A stretch of 64,000 nucleotides of DNA from Hormiphora californensis (taxonomy: Eukaryota; Animalia; Ctenophora): contig CM035355.1 of assembly GCA_020137815.1 (NCBI GenBank), positions 3,162,001 to 3,226,000 on the forward strand, in the 5' to 3' direction. Shown piece after piece: positions 21,692-33,346 of this stretch. The position numbers and the translations under genes were made by a program. Below the pieces are notes generated by a model. It saw only the letters and a list, made by a program, of their open reading frames with translations. It was not told where the DNA came from and ran no database searches. Each line of letters begins with the position of its first letter. The stretch's first letter is position 1.

Positions 21692-23225
21692 CCTAATTGG
21701 TTACCAAGTGCTTCACCTTTACCCTTAGTCATCTTAACACCAGTCACTTGCAATTATTGTGTGATAGTAGTTTCATGCTTGGAAGACTTGCTACCACGTC
21801 ATGGTACGGCTGTAAGGTACCCAAAATGATTTCAGGTGAAAGTAGGAAGTGATACAATTGAGTAATTGCGCGCCACAATGCGTGTTAATCATTTCCTTTG
21901 TTGCATCAATAAAGTGTGAGCAACTTGATGGAGGGAGGATACGAAGGGCAGCAATGTATACTAAAGGAGGGTGCGGACCAAGTGGGATGCCCCGTTCGAA
22001 AATTCAAAATTTTCCAACCAATTGGAAAGAAATGTCTCCCAGGATGCTGATTTTTTTAAACGAGAATGCTGATTTTTTCCCTGCCCGGGTGAATGCCGAA
22101 GGCATTCACCCGGATGCCTTTTTACTTTGTAAAAAGGCATAGCAGGGTTAGAATTCGAAAACGACAATTTGGTATACTAACTAATCGGTAGAGGGACCAT
22201 TTTGGTCACACTTTCGTTGCGAGGGGCAACGGTGTAGCAACTAGAGCCGCGCGCACAGTGACGAGCTGCTCCTTCATCAAACACCTCATTGACACACTTT
22301 GATGGACGTGTGTGTGCGCGCCACTCAACAAAACATGAAATGCGCTGCCGCGTGTTACATACACATTGTCATCTTGCGAGTCGAGTGGTTACATAAGTTA
22401 AGCAGTTAAGTTGGAATGTTAAAAGCTGGTTAGCAAGTGTCATGTGAGTTAGCTAAGCTATGTGAGAAGTATACTGACAGCTAGATCGTATGCATCTCAC
22501 ATTACATTTTGACCAAGCCTTGATCCTGTTGGCAGTGACAGTGTCACTGACATGTGAAAAGGTAGGGCAGGGAAACTCAGCATTATGAATTCATACATAA
22601 TGCAATAATTCTTGTTACAATTCAAAAATTTCATCTACATATTATGTGCTGAAAATTCTGCTGAAAATATAGGTGGTGCAGTGAATGTGAAAGACTGAAG
22701 AGTGAGAGAGAGAGATATCTGGGGATATTATGGGTTGGTTGTGTGTGACAGAGAGACAGAATATGTTGGGGAATGTTCCAGTTTTGCGTAATGCACCGAC
22801 AACAGTTTTCAGCACGATTTTCAGCAGATTGGTTGAAATGGTCAGTTTTCAGCACGATTTTCAGCAGATTGGTTGAACTGGTCGCGCTGAAAAAGAGAGA
22901 GAGAGAGCCAATTCAATTGCAATGGTAATGTATGAATCTCTCCTAATCTCCCCCTTTCCCCCTCTAGACTGTTGTCGGTGCACTACGCACAACTGGCGCC
23001 AACCAACACATATTCTCCATCTCTCTCCCCCCCCCCTCTCTCTCTCTCTCATTCACACTGCTGCAGTGCTGCAAGAATAAGAATCTCTCTGCATGTGTAT
23101 CTGATATGATCGAGAGGAATTTTCAGCACATTGGCGGACTAAAATACTGAAAATTCTGCTTATTTTAGATCAGGATGCTGCCAGTTTAATACTATAGATA
23201 GGACCAAAATTCGATCGGGGGTGGG

Positions 23226-25376
23226 ATGGATAACAATCTATGGAGGCGAATGTTGACATCGAAATCTTATGGCAACAGTACGAACGAACTGAGCGAAGCT
23301 ATAGCAAGGATGACGAGACGATTATGCGTTGAATTTGTTGATACAGGGACTCTTAAATCATTATTAGCTTGTAGATTGATAGGATTAGATAAGAAACCAG
23401 GTGTTAGACCTATTGGAATTGGCGAGATTATGAGACGTATTATAGGTAAAAGTGTGTGTACTTATTTAAAGAGAGATATTGAACAGGCAGCTGGTCCGCT
23501 GCAGTTATGTGCAGGCCAGAGATCAGGTGTAGAAGCAGCCGCTCATGCTGTGAGAGAAATGTTCGAAGATGACGAAACAGAGGGTCTAATTCTAGTAGAT
23601 GCCACTAACGCATTTAATTGTTTAAATCGAGTTACTGCGTTGGCTAACATGAGATACCTATGCCCAGTTTTTTCGATAATTCTTATTAATTTTTATCGTA
23701 GCCCATGTAAATTGATATTATTTGATGGGTCCTTTATTATGTCATTAGAAGGCACCACTCAGGGGTGCAACTTAGCCTCGGCATTTTATTCAATTAGCAC
23801 GGTGGCTTTGGTTAGAGATTTGGCCGAGTGCAGGTGTAGGCAGACGTGGTTCGCAGATGACAGCTCCGCTAGTGGAAGATTGGCAGAATTGAGGAAATGG
23901 TGGGACAAGATTAATGTTATTGGACCTGCTCTGGGATATTTCCCCAATGCTAAGAAGTCGTGGCTGATAGTAAAGAAGGAACACTTGGAAGTCGCAGAAA
24001 AGATATTTGGGGAAACGGAGATCAATTTAACAACAGAGGGACAGAGGTATTTGGGGACAGCAATTGGAACAGATGCCTTCGTGGAAACATTTGTGGAAGA
24101 AAAAATCAAAACGTGGATCGAGGAACTGAAAAAGCTGAGCGAGGTGGCGCTCACAAATCCGCAAGGAGCTTACGCTGCTTACACATTTGCGCTTTCTAAA
24201 CAATGGCTTTTTCTGATGAGAACAACACCTAATGTCAAGGAAAAGTTTGAGCCACTAGAAAAGTGCATTAACGAAGTGTTTATCCCACGGATATTTGGAC
24301 GACCAGTCAACACACTAATCAGGGAAATAACAAAGCTTCCGACAAAATACACAGGACTCAACATTTTTGATCCAGTGGAAATCTCGACCAGAGAATTTCA
24401 AGCTTCGAAAAATGCTACAACGTCTCAAGTCAAAAATATCATTCAACAAAAACTTGAGATAAACGATGTGGAATGGGCAGAACAACAAGAAGAAATGAAC
24501 GAAGAATACAAGAAAATATCCAAGAACAAGAAAAAAGAGTCACTGGAAAAACTAGAGAATATTATCTCCGAAGTTGATGGACCCCTCAGACGCCAAATTG
24601 AAGATCTCAGGCAGCCGGGAACTTCTAGTTGGCTCACCACTCTGCCTATCAGAGAGTATGGATTTGTCCTGAACAAGCAGGAGTTCAAAGATGCGTTAGC
24701 CATAAGGTACATGCTCCCGCTTGCTGATATCAGTGAGACATGCGGCTGTGGGGAATCAGCTACTATTGAACACTTGTTATCGTGCATGCGTGGTGGATAC
24801 ACAAATGCTAGACACAACCAGGTCCGAGACATCACCGCGATAATGATGAAAAGTTCCGGATGCGGGGACGTAAAGATCGAGCCAACACTGTTACCCCTTA
24901 CTGGAGAGGAACTAAAGAAAAACAGCAACACTAGGGAAATGGCAAGACTGGACGTGTCTGGAAGAAATTTCTGGTCTAAGGGAGATAAGATCTTTGCGGA
25001 CATCCGTATATTTAACTCGTTGGCACCAACAAATCAAATTAACACCATCGAGAAAACTGCGGAGATCCACGAAGGTCAAAAGAAAAGGGCCTATGGGGAG
25101 AGAATCCTAAATGTGGAACGTGCTACCTTCACCCCACTTGTGTTCTCTACAATCGGAACATTCGGACCGGAAGCAGAGCGGTTCTACAAGCGTCTGGCTG
25201 GCTTGTACTCGGTTAAGTCGAAACAAAGCTACAATGACGCCATTAGATATATTAGATTAAGATTATCATTTTGCATCCTTAGATCAGTACTCATTCAAGT
25301 TCGAGGCTACCGAGGGTCTCTCCCATTCTATCCTGATCTAATAGACATGAATCTAGTACCTCTATTCCTTTTATAA
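23226..25376 (+). mobile_element. 5'-truncated non-LTR retrotransposon, CRE-like clade (RT + CCHC + restriction-like endonuclease)
   Basis: KKPGVRPIGIGEIMRRIIGK, GPLQLCAG, VDATNAFN, GTTQG, WFADD; CGCG..HLLSC, RHNQVRD, RLDV..DIRI, HEGQKKRAY. Confidence 0.88.
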
Positions 25377-25469
25377 TCACGTTATTAGTATAACCTATTT
25401 CTATCTATTCTGCGAGATGTTGTACAACATGACATTATAAATTTGTTCTATCTTTTCCTTACTATGTGT

Positions 25470-26290
25470 AACGGTGGACGGACGGACGGACACTTTTAGT
25501 TAACTCCACGATCTGCTGATTTCCAAACCCTGAATGATCTTTTTAGCACGTGCAGGGAAAAAATTAAAAGTTGAGGTTCATCACGGTCAGAGAACTAAAG
25601 TTTGACGATAAAAAGAAAGCAAGTCGACTCAGATAAACCCAGGTGTTGCGGTGCTGAACCCCAAATTAGCGGGGTTTCAGCTTCCTTAATCCTTTCATTC
25701 CTCTGTACAGATCTTTTTGCAGGCTGCTGCAGCCTACCCTTGAGGTTTGATTTGACACAATTGGATCTGAGATATCTCTGGTTTCTGATATGATAGAGAC
25801 TTAAAATTTGGAGGTTAGGAAGAGCTTGACATGTTCTCTCTAACATCCGCATTTGAAGCCTGTATCTTATCAGGAGCCGAAGTCAGAACTTGTAACGCAA
25901 AAAGGTGCGAAAAGGTGCGAAAAGGTGCGAAAAGTTTTTAACTTCAGCGATTTTAAGTTTTTGAAAATGGTTAAAAGGAGCGCGCGGCGTAACTTTCAAT
26001 TTTGCGCGTGAACGCCGCGCGGTGGCCTGATCTGACGCGATCGCCGCCTGATGAGAGCTGCTTTTGGGAAGTAAAGTTTGCCATTTTTTTCCTTTTTTTT
26101 GGAGGTTTGCTATCCAAAACCCATCCGCAGCTACCTTCACGCTCTTCAGTCGGGACTAGATACGTAAGGATACGGTGGCATTCGCCATTCATCCATTGCA
26201 CCCCGCCAGAATATCGGGCTGGACCAGTCGGAACTCGCCTGACTAGTGACTCCTGAGGCCCTTCTGTCTGTATGGCAGTCTCATGGCCTA
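25470..26290 (-). mobile_element. Non-autonomous repeat related to ~52050-52730 (possibly Helentron/DINE-1-like)
   Basis: The reverse complement shares TTTTCAAAAACTTAAAA and CTGATAAGATA..AAATTT.AAGTCTCTATC blocks with the 52-kb copy and ends in a (TCCG)n microsatellite. Boundaries approximate. Confidence 0.45.
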
Positions 26291-26425
26291 TTTGGTAATT
26301 GCTTCACTTATTTATCCAATTTGCATTTGATGTTTTGAATTTAATTATCGTTTTCAAACTTCAAACGTGTCACGTGATCAGCTTAACCGCTTTGCTGCAA
26401 TATTTTATGTATTTCCACTTTAGCG

Positions 26426-27904
26426 ATGGCTGCTGAACTGCATCGCTACAAACATGTTGCAGAGAACGAACGGGGTATTCTTTATTTTCTGCACGGGTTC
26501 GCCGATTACTGTGATAGGTAATCAGGGAGTTGCTAAATATTCCCAGACGTCCCTTGTTAGTATAACTAAATTCTGGTGTTTCTAGGTGGTCTGTTTGGCG
26601 AGATTTTCTACTGAATAATGGGGTTTCATTTTACGGACACGATCAGAGGGGCTGCGGACACACCACCATCGGGGACAGGGTATGTTTCACCGAACCAGAC
26701 CTAGTAATGCACCCGAACTAGAGCCCTCCCGGAACTTAAAATCTTGATGCTGTGAACTCTCAGCTTGAACTGAAATAGATGCACACATGCGAACTAGATT
26801 TCTAATGTTTTCCAGGCGTATGTAGACGATTTTGATATCTATGTGAACGACTCAATAGGGGAGATAGAGACAGTGAGGAAGGATAACCCAGATACCCCTA
26901 TCTTGATTATGGGACATAGCATGGGTGGATTACTGGCTACCATCATTTCCATTCGCCGTCCTGATTTAATCCAGGGTACACTACTATCAGCTCCATTTCT
27001 AAAGGTAAAGGGATTGTGAAGGTTCTCATTACAGTTGTGCTATCAGTTATCACTTCTTCAAGCTGTTAGTAACAAAATTTGTATCTACTGTGTACTAGAG
27101 TCTAGAAGATGTAATATCTGTCTCCCCTCCCCCTAGTTGAGTGATAACGTGTCGCCGACAATGAAGAAGCTAGCCTGGACATTATCCTCCATTGCCCCTA
27201 AGTTCTACCTACCCTGGAACTCTCTAGACCGGACCAAGCTGACTCCAAACCAGGCACAACTTAATAAGGACGGGGCTGACCCCCTCTTATGGCATTATGG
27301 AACGCGGGCGGGTATGGCCACTGCAATGTTTAAAGCGGTGGCGTGGGCTAATGAGAACTTAGATAAAGTCCAGGTGAATGTAATTGGTATTTTTCAATTT
27401 ATAGTCATATTTAATTGGTAATCATGTTTAGTTGATACTTGATAGTCATATTGGTAGTCAGTAGTCACGTATTTAATGGTAACTGTGCAATGTTCAAAAC
27501 AATAACTCCCTCGATTATAGGTTCGGACGGCGATATTCCACGGGAAAGGAGATGATATTTGTGATATTGAGGGATCACGTGCCATGTTAGCTGCTAATAA
27601 GAACGGACTGGTGGAAATGGTTACATACGATTACCCTTATCACAGTCTCATGCACTTAATGCCAGAGGTAGGTACACATTTACTGACTGACATTTTACTG
27701 ACTTTTTAGTCTTCACTAATTACTGACTTTATAACTATTTATCGATAGCTATAATTTATTTACTATCTACCGATTATTTACTGACTATTTACTGGATATT
27801 CACTGAATATTTACCGATTATTTACTGACAAGTTTTCCCCCTAGGATTCCAAGAAGGTCATGGAAGATTTCCTGGAGCGAATTAATTCAATGCTGAGCCA
27901 CTAA
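26426..27904 (+). CDS. Monoglyceride lipase/lysophospholipase-like alpha/beta hydrolase (6 exons)
   Basis: LYFLHGFADYCDR; GHDQRGCG; YVDDFDIYVND; GHSMGG nucleophile elbow; FHGKGDDIC; YHSLMH. GT-AG introns. Confidence 0.85.
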
Positions 27905-28149
27905 AACAAATAATTAAACCCCGCATGGAATATCTTCAAAAAGAATGAATATCTAAATATGTAACAGTTTTTTGAGTGTTTTTACCTTTTTGTTGTCTGT
28001 AATAAGTAATAATTATGTACAATATCAAAGTTATTGGACGACTTTTAGAAAATTTTATTGATTCTATTTGAATCCCTTGATTTCTAGAATTGAAACACCA
28101 CCCTACCAATAAATCATGTTATCTAATGCTACCTAAATAATTATAGATC

Positions 28150-31100
28150 ATGTTGTCTACTGGATCCTGTGAAACCTCCACCACCTCCTGCACAGCAGAG
28201 TCTTGCTGCACCAAGTCAGTGGTAGTGAAGGCTGATGTACCTAGGAAGAGAATTCAGAGGAGAGTTGTACAACAAATACCAACAGAACAACTTAATGATC
28301 CTCTAATTAATGAAGCTATCAGTGTGAGTTAATTAGATAATTAACTTTAGCAACATTCGATCTTATTGAACAATCCGCTTACACACAATTGTGCCTCCGA
28401 TTCATGAAAATAAGCCCATTATTAAGGGTACACCTGGCGTTTTTCATCATCGAGTGCCCAACCAAATGACTTCACCAGGGTTAAGGCCATACAAAATGGA
28501 CCTCAAATATGCAATTTTAGCCCTAAAGTCGAATTCATATTTTTGCTACAGCCTATTTTCAAAGTGGCGTTTTTTCAATTTTTGTTGGAATTTTTAACCT
28601 CAGGACCACTTTTTTTGAGATAGAAACATTAAATTCTTGGAATTTGAAGAGAATATAAAGGTGAATAAGCCCAAAGAAGGATTTTTGAAATGGAGCTTAT
28701 TTCTGGCCATGAGAAGGGTTTACTTTTTTGCTTCTTTGACACGCTGGCTGAGAATGTTCCCATGCTTCATTAGAGATGAAAATCTGGAAATAGTTGCTCA
28801 AAACGATCATCTATGTGGCCCAAAAATTTTGGAACTTTCCCGCCAAAGATGTGGTGTACAGAGCTTGTTTTGTGAAACCCGTCTTTTTGAAAAAGAGGGG
28901 AATTCCCTGTATCTCAAAAACGGGTGATCGTAGAGACCTGGGACCAAACTTAATCGATTCAGAAGGTCCGATTTTGGGGGGGTCTTCTGAGAGACATTTT
29001 GCTCCTATTCCAACCGTTCTTGCTGTAATTACAAAAAACCAATTCTATGAAAAGGGGGAACAACTCTATTCCAGTAGCCTACTTCGGGCTGATTTCCCCC
29101 TTAATTGCTGATACCTTTTTCGCAATTACAGCAAAAACGGTTTGAGTAGGAGCAAAATGTCTCTGAGAAGACCCCCCCAAAATCGGACCTTCTGAATCGA
29201 TTAAGCTTGGTCCCAGGTCTCTACGATCATCCGTTTTTGAGATACGGGGAATTTCCCTCTTTTTCAAAAAGACGGGTTTCACAAAACAAGCTCTGTACAC
29301 CGCATCTTTAGCGGAAAAGTTCCAAAATTTTTGGGCTACATAGATAATCGTTTTGAGCAACTATTTCCAGATTTTCATCTCTAATGAAGCATGGGAACAT
29401 TCTCAGCCAGCGTGTCAAAGAAGCAAAAAAGTAAACCCTTCTCATGGCCAGAAATAAGCTCCATTTCAAAAATCCTTCTTTGGGCTTATTCACCTTTATA
29501 TTCTCTTCAAATTCCAAGAATTTAATGTTTCTATCTCAAAAAAAGTGGTCCTGAGGTTAAAAATTCCAACAAAAATTGAAAAAACGCCACTTTGAAAATA
29601 GGCTGTAGCAAAAATATGAATTCGAATTTAGGGCTAAAATTGCATATTTGAGGTCCATTTTGTATGGCTTAAACCTTGGTTAAGTCATTTGGTTGGGCAC
29701 TCGATGATGAAAAACGCCAGGTGTACCCTTAATGCCATTAATTGAACCAACTAGCCATAAACCACTCTCATCTGCAGCGATTACCACCAAACTACAACTT
29801 CGAAATCCACAAGAGTATCTGGAGGATAAGGTGTGCTGAAGCTAAACACGTGGCGCTCCAATTCCCCGAGGGTCTCCTCCTCTATGCATGTGTAATATCC
29901 GATATACTGGAGCACTTTACCGGTGCCGAGATGATTATTATGGGGGATGTGACTTATGGGGCATGTTGTGTGGACGACTTTACAGCTAGGAGTTTAGGAG
30001 CTGATTTTATGATTCATTATGGACACTCCTGTCTAATACCTATTGATAGGTAGGTTCTCCATCAACTAGGGGATGACTATTGACTTGTCCTATCAGCCTG
30101 ATATACAGGGTGTCCCACTTTGTATCACATATTTATCACCTACAGGACGAGTATAACAGTGTTATATGTGTTTGTGGATATCCAGATAGACCCGAAACAC
30201 TTTATAGACAGTCTAAAGGCTAACTTTGATAAAACCAAGAAGATGGCAGTGGTATCTACTATTCAGTTCCTCAACACCTTACACAGGTATAACACTACTG
30301 AAGATATTAGTAACGACACCGTTTTTGTGAAAGCTGGGACTCAGGAAAAATAACAGCCCTTTTCTAAATTTATTTACAGGGTGTCCCACTGTCTTTGCGT
30401 GACCTGTGATTTTGGGTGATGAGTGGGTTCCATTCAAATGCTCATAACTCATCGAAAAATAGGTCAAAACGGCTCAACCAAAAACAGTGTTGTAGAGAAT
30501 TGTCAGGCGAACATTTGGGTACAAGATTGATGTTCCAAGTCTTACCAACCGTCAGATATATCGTCTTAAAGTCAAAAATACGTGTTCATGAAATCCGACC
30601 CGGGTTCACGTTTTGAAAAATTCACAAATGCAAAGTTGCTCGGATCACATTGCATCCCTCATAAGAGTTGTAGGAAATTGTCTGGCGGTCATTTTGGTAC
30701 CTGGGTTTTTGTCCTAGCTCAATGTTTAGAGTGTCTTATGACTGTCTAAAGACGAAATTCAACCAACATTTTTGAGGGGATCACGTGTCATCAACAAATG
30801 GGTAAAATGGTTTGAAATTTATAAGAGCTTCATTGGAATCGTCTAAGGTTCATTTTGATACCATGATTTTTTCCATAGCTCTACGTTTTAGTTGCGTTAT
30901 GACTGTAGGAACATAAAAAATTTTCTACGCTGAGTCTTAGTTGGTATCGGCTCACAACGCCTAATTAGGTGGCTCGGTGTCGTGTGTAATCCCATGATAA
31001 TCAGCACATATCATCTCAATTTCATCTAGACACTTGACAGGGTTGTTATGACGATTTGGCAAGGCCCCTGTTAATGTGTAGGATACGCAAGTGGTCTATC

Positions 31101-33068
31101 TCAACCCTATCATGCACTAAGATGTTATTCAAGCAGCAATGAGCTTCATAACAGGGCAAAATGTAATGCGATACCTGAGACCACTTTTGTGAAAATTCCA
31201 GTTCTGACAGTCATAAGACACTCTAAAAATTGAGCTAGGACAAAAACCCAGGTACCAAAATGACCGCCAGACAATTTCCTACAACTCTTATGAGGGATGC
31301 AATGTGATCCGAGCAACTTTGCATTTGTGAATTTTTCAAAACGTGAACCCTGGTCGGATTTCATGAACACGTATTTTTGACTTTAAGACGATATATCTGA
31401 CGGTTGGTAAGACTTGGAACATCAATCTTGTACCAAAATGTTCGCCAGACAATTCTCTACAACACTGTTTTTGGTTGAGCCGTTTTGACCTATTTTTCGA
31501 TGAGTTATGAGCATTTGAATGGAACCCACTCATCACCCAAAACCACAGGTCACGCAAAGACAGTGGGACACCCTGTACTACTTACTTAGGAAAGGGTACT
31601 TTTCTCGCTTGATTAACGGGTGACAACTAAAAATTGTTACTAATTTAAAACAGCTGTAGAATTTTTCCCTTTTGAGATACAGCTTCGGGCCAGTGATAGA
31701 ACGATTTTTCAGACAATTTTGAATCAGAAAAACATAACGGCGATGACTAAAACGTTCATGCTCATAGCGATATCGGATCATTTCCTCTTGCCCCACCAAA
31801 GCACATAGTCCGTGAAATCTACACGTTTTTCTAGCACCTCTAGCGCCTGTTCTAGTCGAAATACAGCTTCGGGACAGTGATAGAATGATTTTTCAGACAA
31901 TTTTGAACGAAATTAACTTTGCTTCAAACTTCATAAATCTCAATTTCCTGATCAGAATCTTCTGTAACAAAGCGTAGTTTACAGGTAATTTGAGAAATCG
32001 CTATTTCGACATCTCTCGAAACATTAATGACCGTGGAAACCCAACTTCCCAATGAGCCAAAATCTTCAAACTTGGCAGTTATGTTGGTTATGGCATGAAC
32101 AACCAGACTTCCAATTATAAGAATTCTATCTCATCGGGAAGGTCGTTTCTGATAACATAGAAATTTCAAATCTCCGTACTATATGCTTTGGTGGGGCAAG
32201 AGGAAATGATCCGATATCGCTATGAGAATGAACGTTTTAGTCATCGCCGTTATGTTATCCTGATTCAAAATTGTCTGAAAAATCGTTCTATCACTGGCCC
32301 GAAGCTGTATCTCAAAAGGGAAAAATTCTACAGCTGTTTTAAATTAGTAACAATTTTTAGTTGTCACCCGTTAGTATGTTTAATTCATCCCATTTCAGTG
32401 TTGTAGAAGCGCTCCGATCAGAAGGTTGGGATCTCATCATACCTCAGGCTAAACCTCTTTCACCAGGGGAGGTTTTAGGATGTACCTCTCCACCCCTGGA
32501 CCCCTCCATCTCATCCCTTCTCTACCTGGGAGACGGGAGGTTCCATCTAGAAAGTATCATGATCTCCAACCCCTCTCTCCCCGCATACCGGTACGACCCT
32601 TATGACAAGTCCCTGACCCGAGAACACTATGATCATGTCAAGATGAAACGGATCAGAAAGGAGGAGATTGAAAAAGCAGGGAAGGCGGTGAAATGGGGTT
32701 TAGTACTGGGAACCCTGGGTAGACAAGGTAACCCGTCCATTCTAAACAAACTAAAAACCATGCTAGAGGAGGAGGGGAAGACATACACTGTGTATTTGAT
32801 GAGTGAGATATTCCCTGATCGACTGGGTTCTATGTCCGATATAGGGGCCTGGATCCAAGTAGCGTGCCCTAGACTGAGCATTGATTGGGGTTACACCTTT
32901 CCTGCTCCACTCTTATCACCATATGAGGCGTCTGTGGCACTTGGTAAGGTGACGTGGCAGGAGGATTACCCCATGGACTTTTATAGCAACGCCTCCCTGG
33001 GTCCCTGGACCAATAATCACCCTGATAATAAGGTTAAGGTGACGAGAAAACCTGGGGTGAAGAAATAG
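28150..33068 (+). CDS. DPH1: Diphthamide biosynthesis protein 1
   Basis: Exons 28150-28323, 29778-30049, 30146-30286 and 32399-33068. [77 protein letters not shown]. Confidence 0.96.
28426..29728. mobile_element. Kolobok-like foldback element (diverged relative of copies A/B) in DPH1 intron 1
   Basis: TTAA|GGGTACACCTGGCG...CGCCAGGTGTACCC|TTAA. Shares internal blocks with A/B (GACCTCAAATATGCAATT, GGTCCGATTTTGGGGGGGTCTTCT). Confidence 0.85.
30377..31575. mobile_element. Tc1/mariner-type non-autonomous element with ~370-bp TIRs, in DPH1 intron 3
   Basis: TA|CAGGGTGTCCCACTGTC...GACAGTGGGACACCCTG|TA. Confidence 0.82.
31616..32371. mobile_element. TA-flanked MITE with ~190-bp TIRs, in DPH1 intron 3
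   Basis: TA|ACGGGTGACAACTAAAAATTG...CAATTTTTAGTTGTCACCCGT|TA. Confidence 0.75.
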
Positions 33069-33346
33069 GAGGTCCGAGGTGTTTGTTTAGGGGTTGTTTT
33101 GAATATAATCATGATAATAGGGTTTTGTAGTTAACTTATTGCACTCTTTTACCAACTGTGTTTGAGTAAAATGTAAATCCTCTTGTCCTATCCCTCCCCT
33201 TTTCCACATTACATTGGAGTAATAGAACTAGCTATTTACACACATTGAACAATACAGTTTTCCATTTGGCCCTACATACCGCACACCAAGATATTGTCTC
33301 ACAAAAGACTGAACTCTCCGAAAACTAAACTTTACTACAACTAGCT

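Noticed and set aside
28637-29517. Mirrored short ORF pairs here and at 11535/12487, 13239/13608, 30416/31336, 31578/32188 and 59832/61063
   Set aside because: They are by-products of inverted transposon arms and show no transposase motifs.
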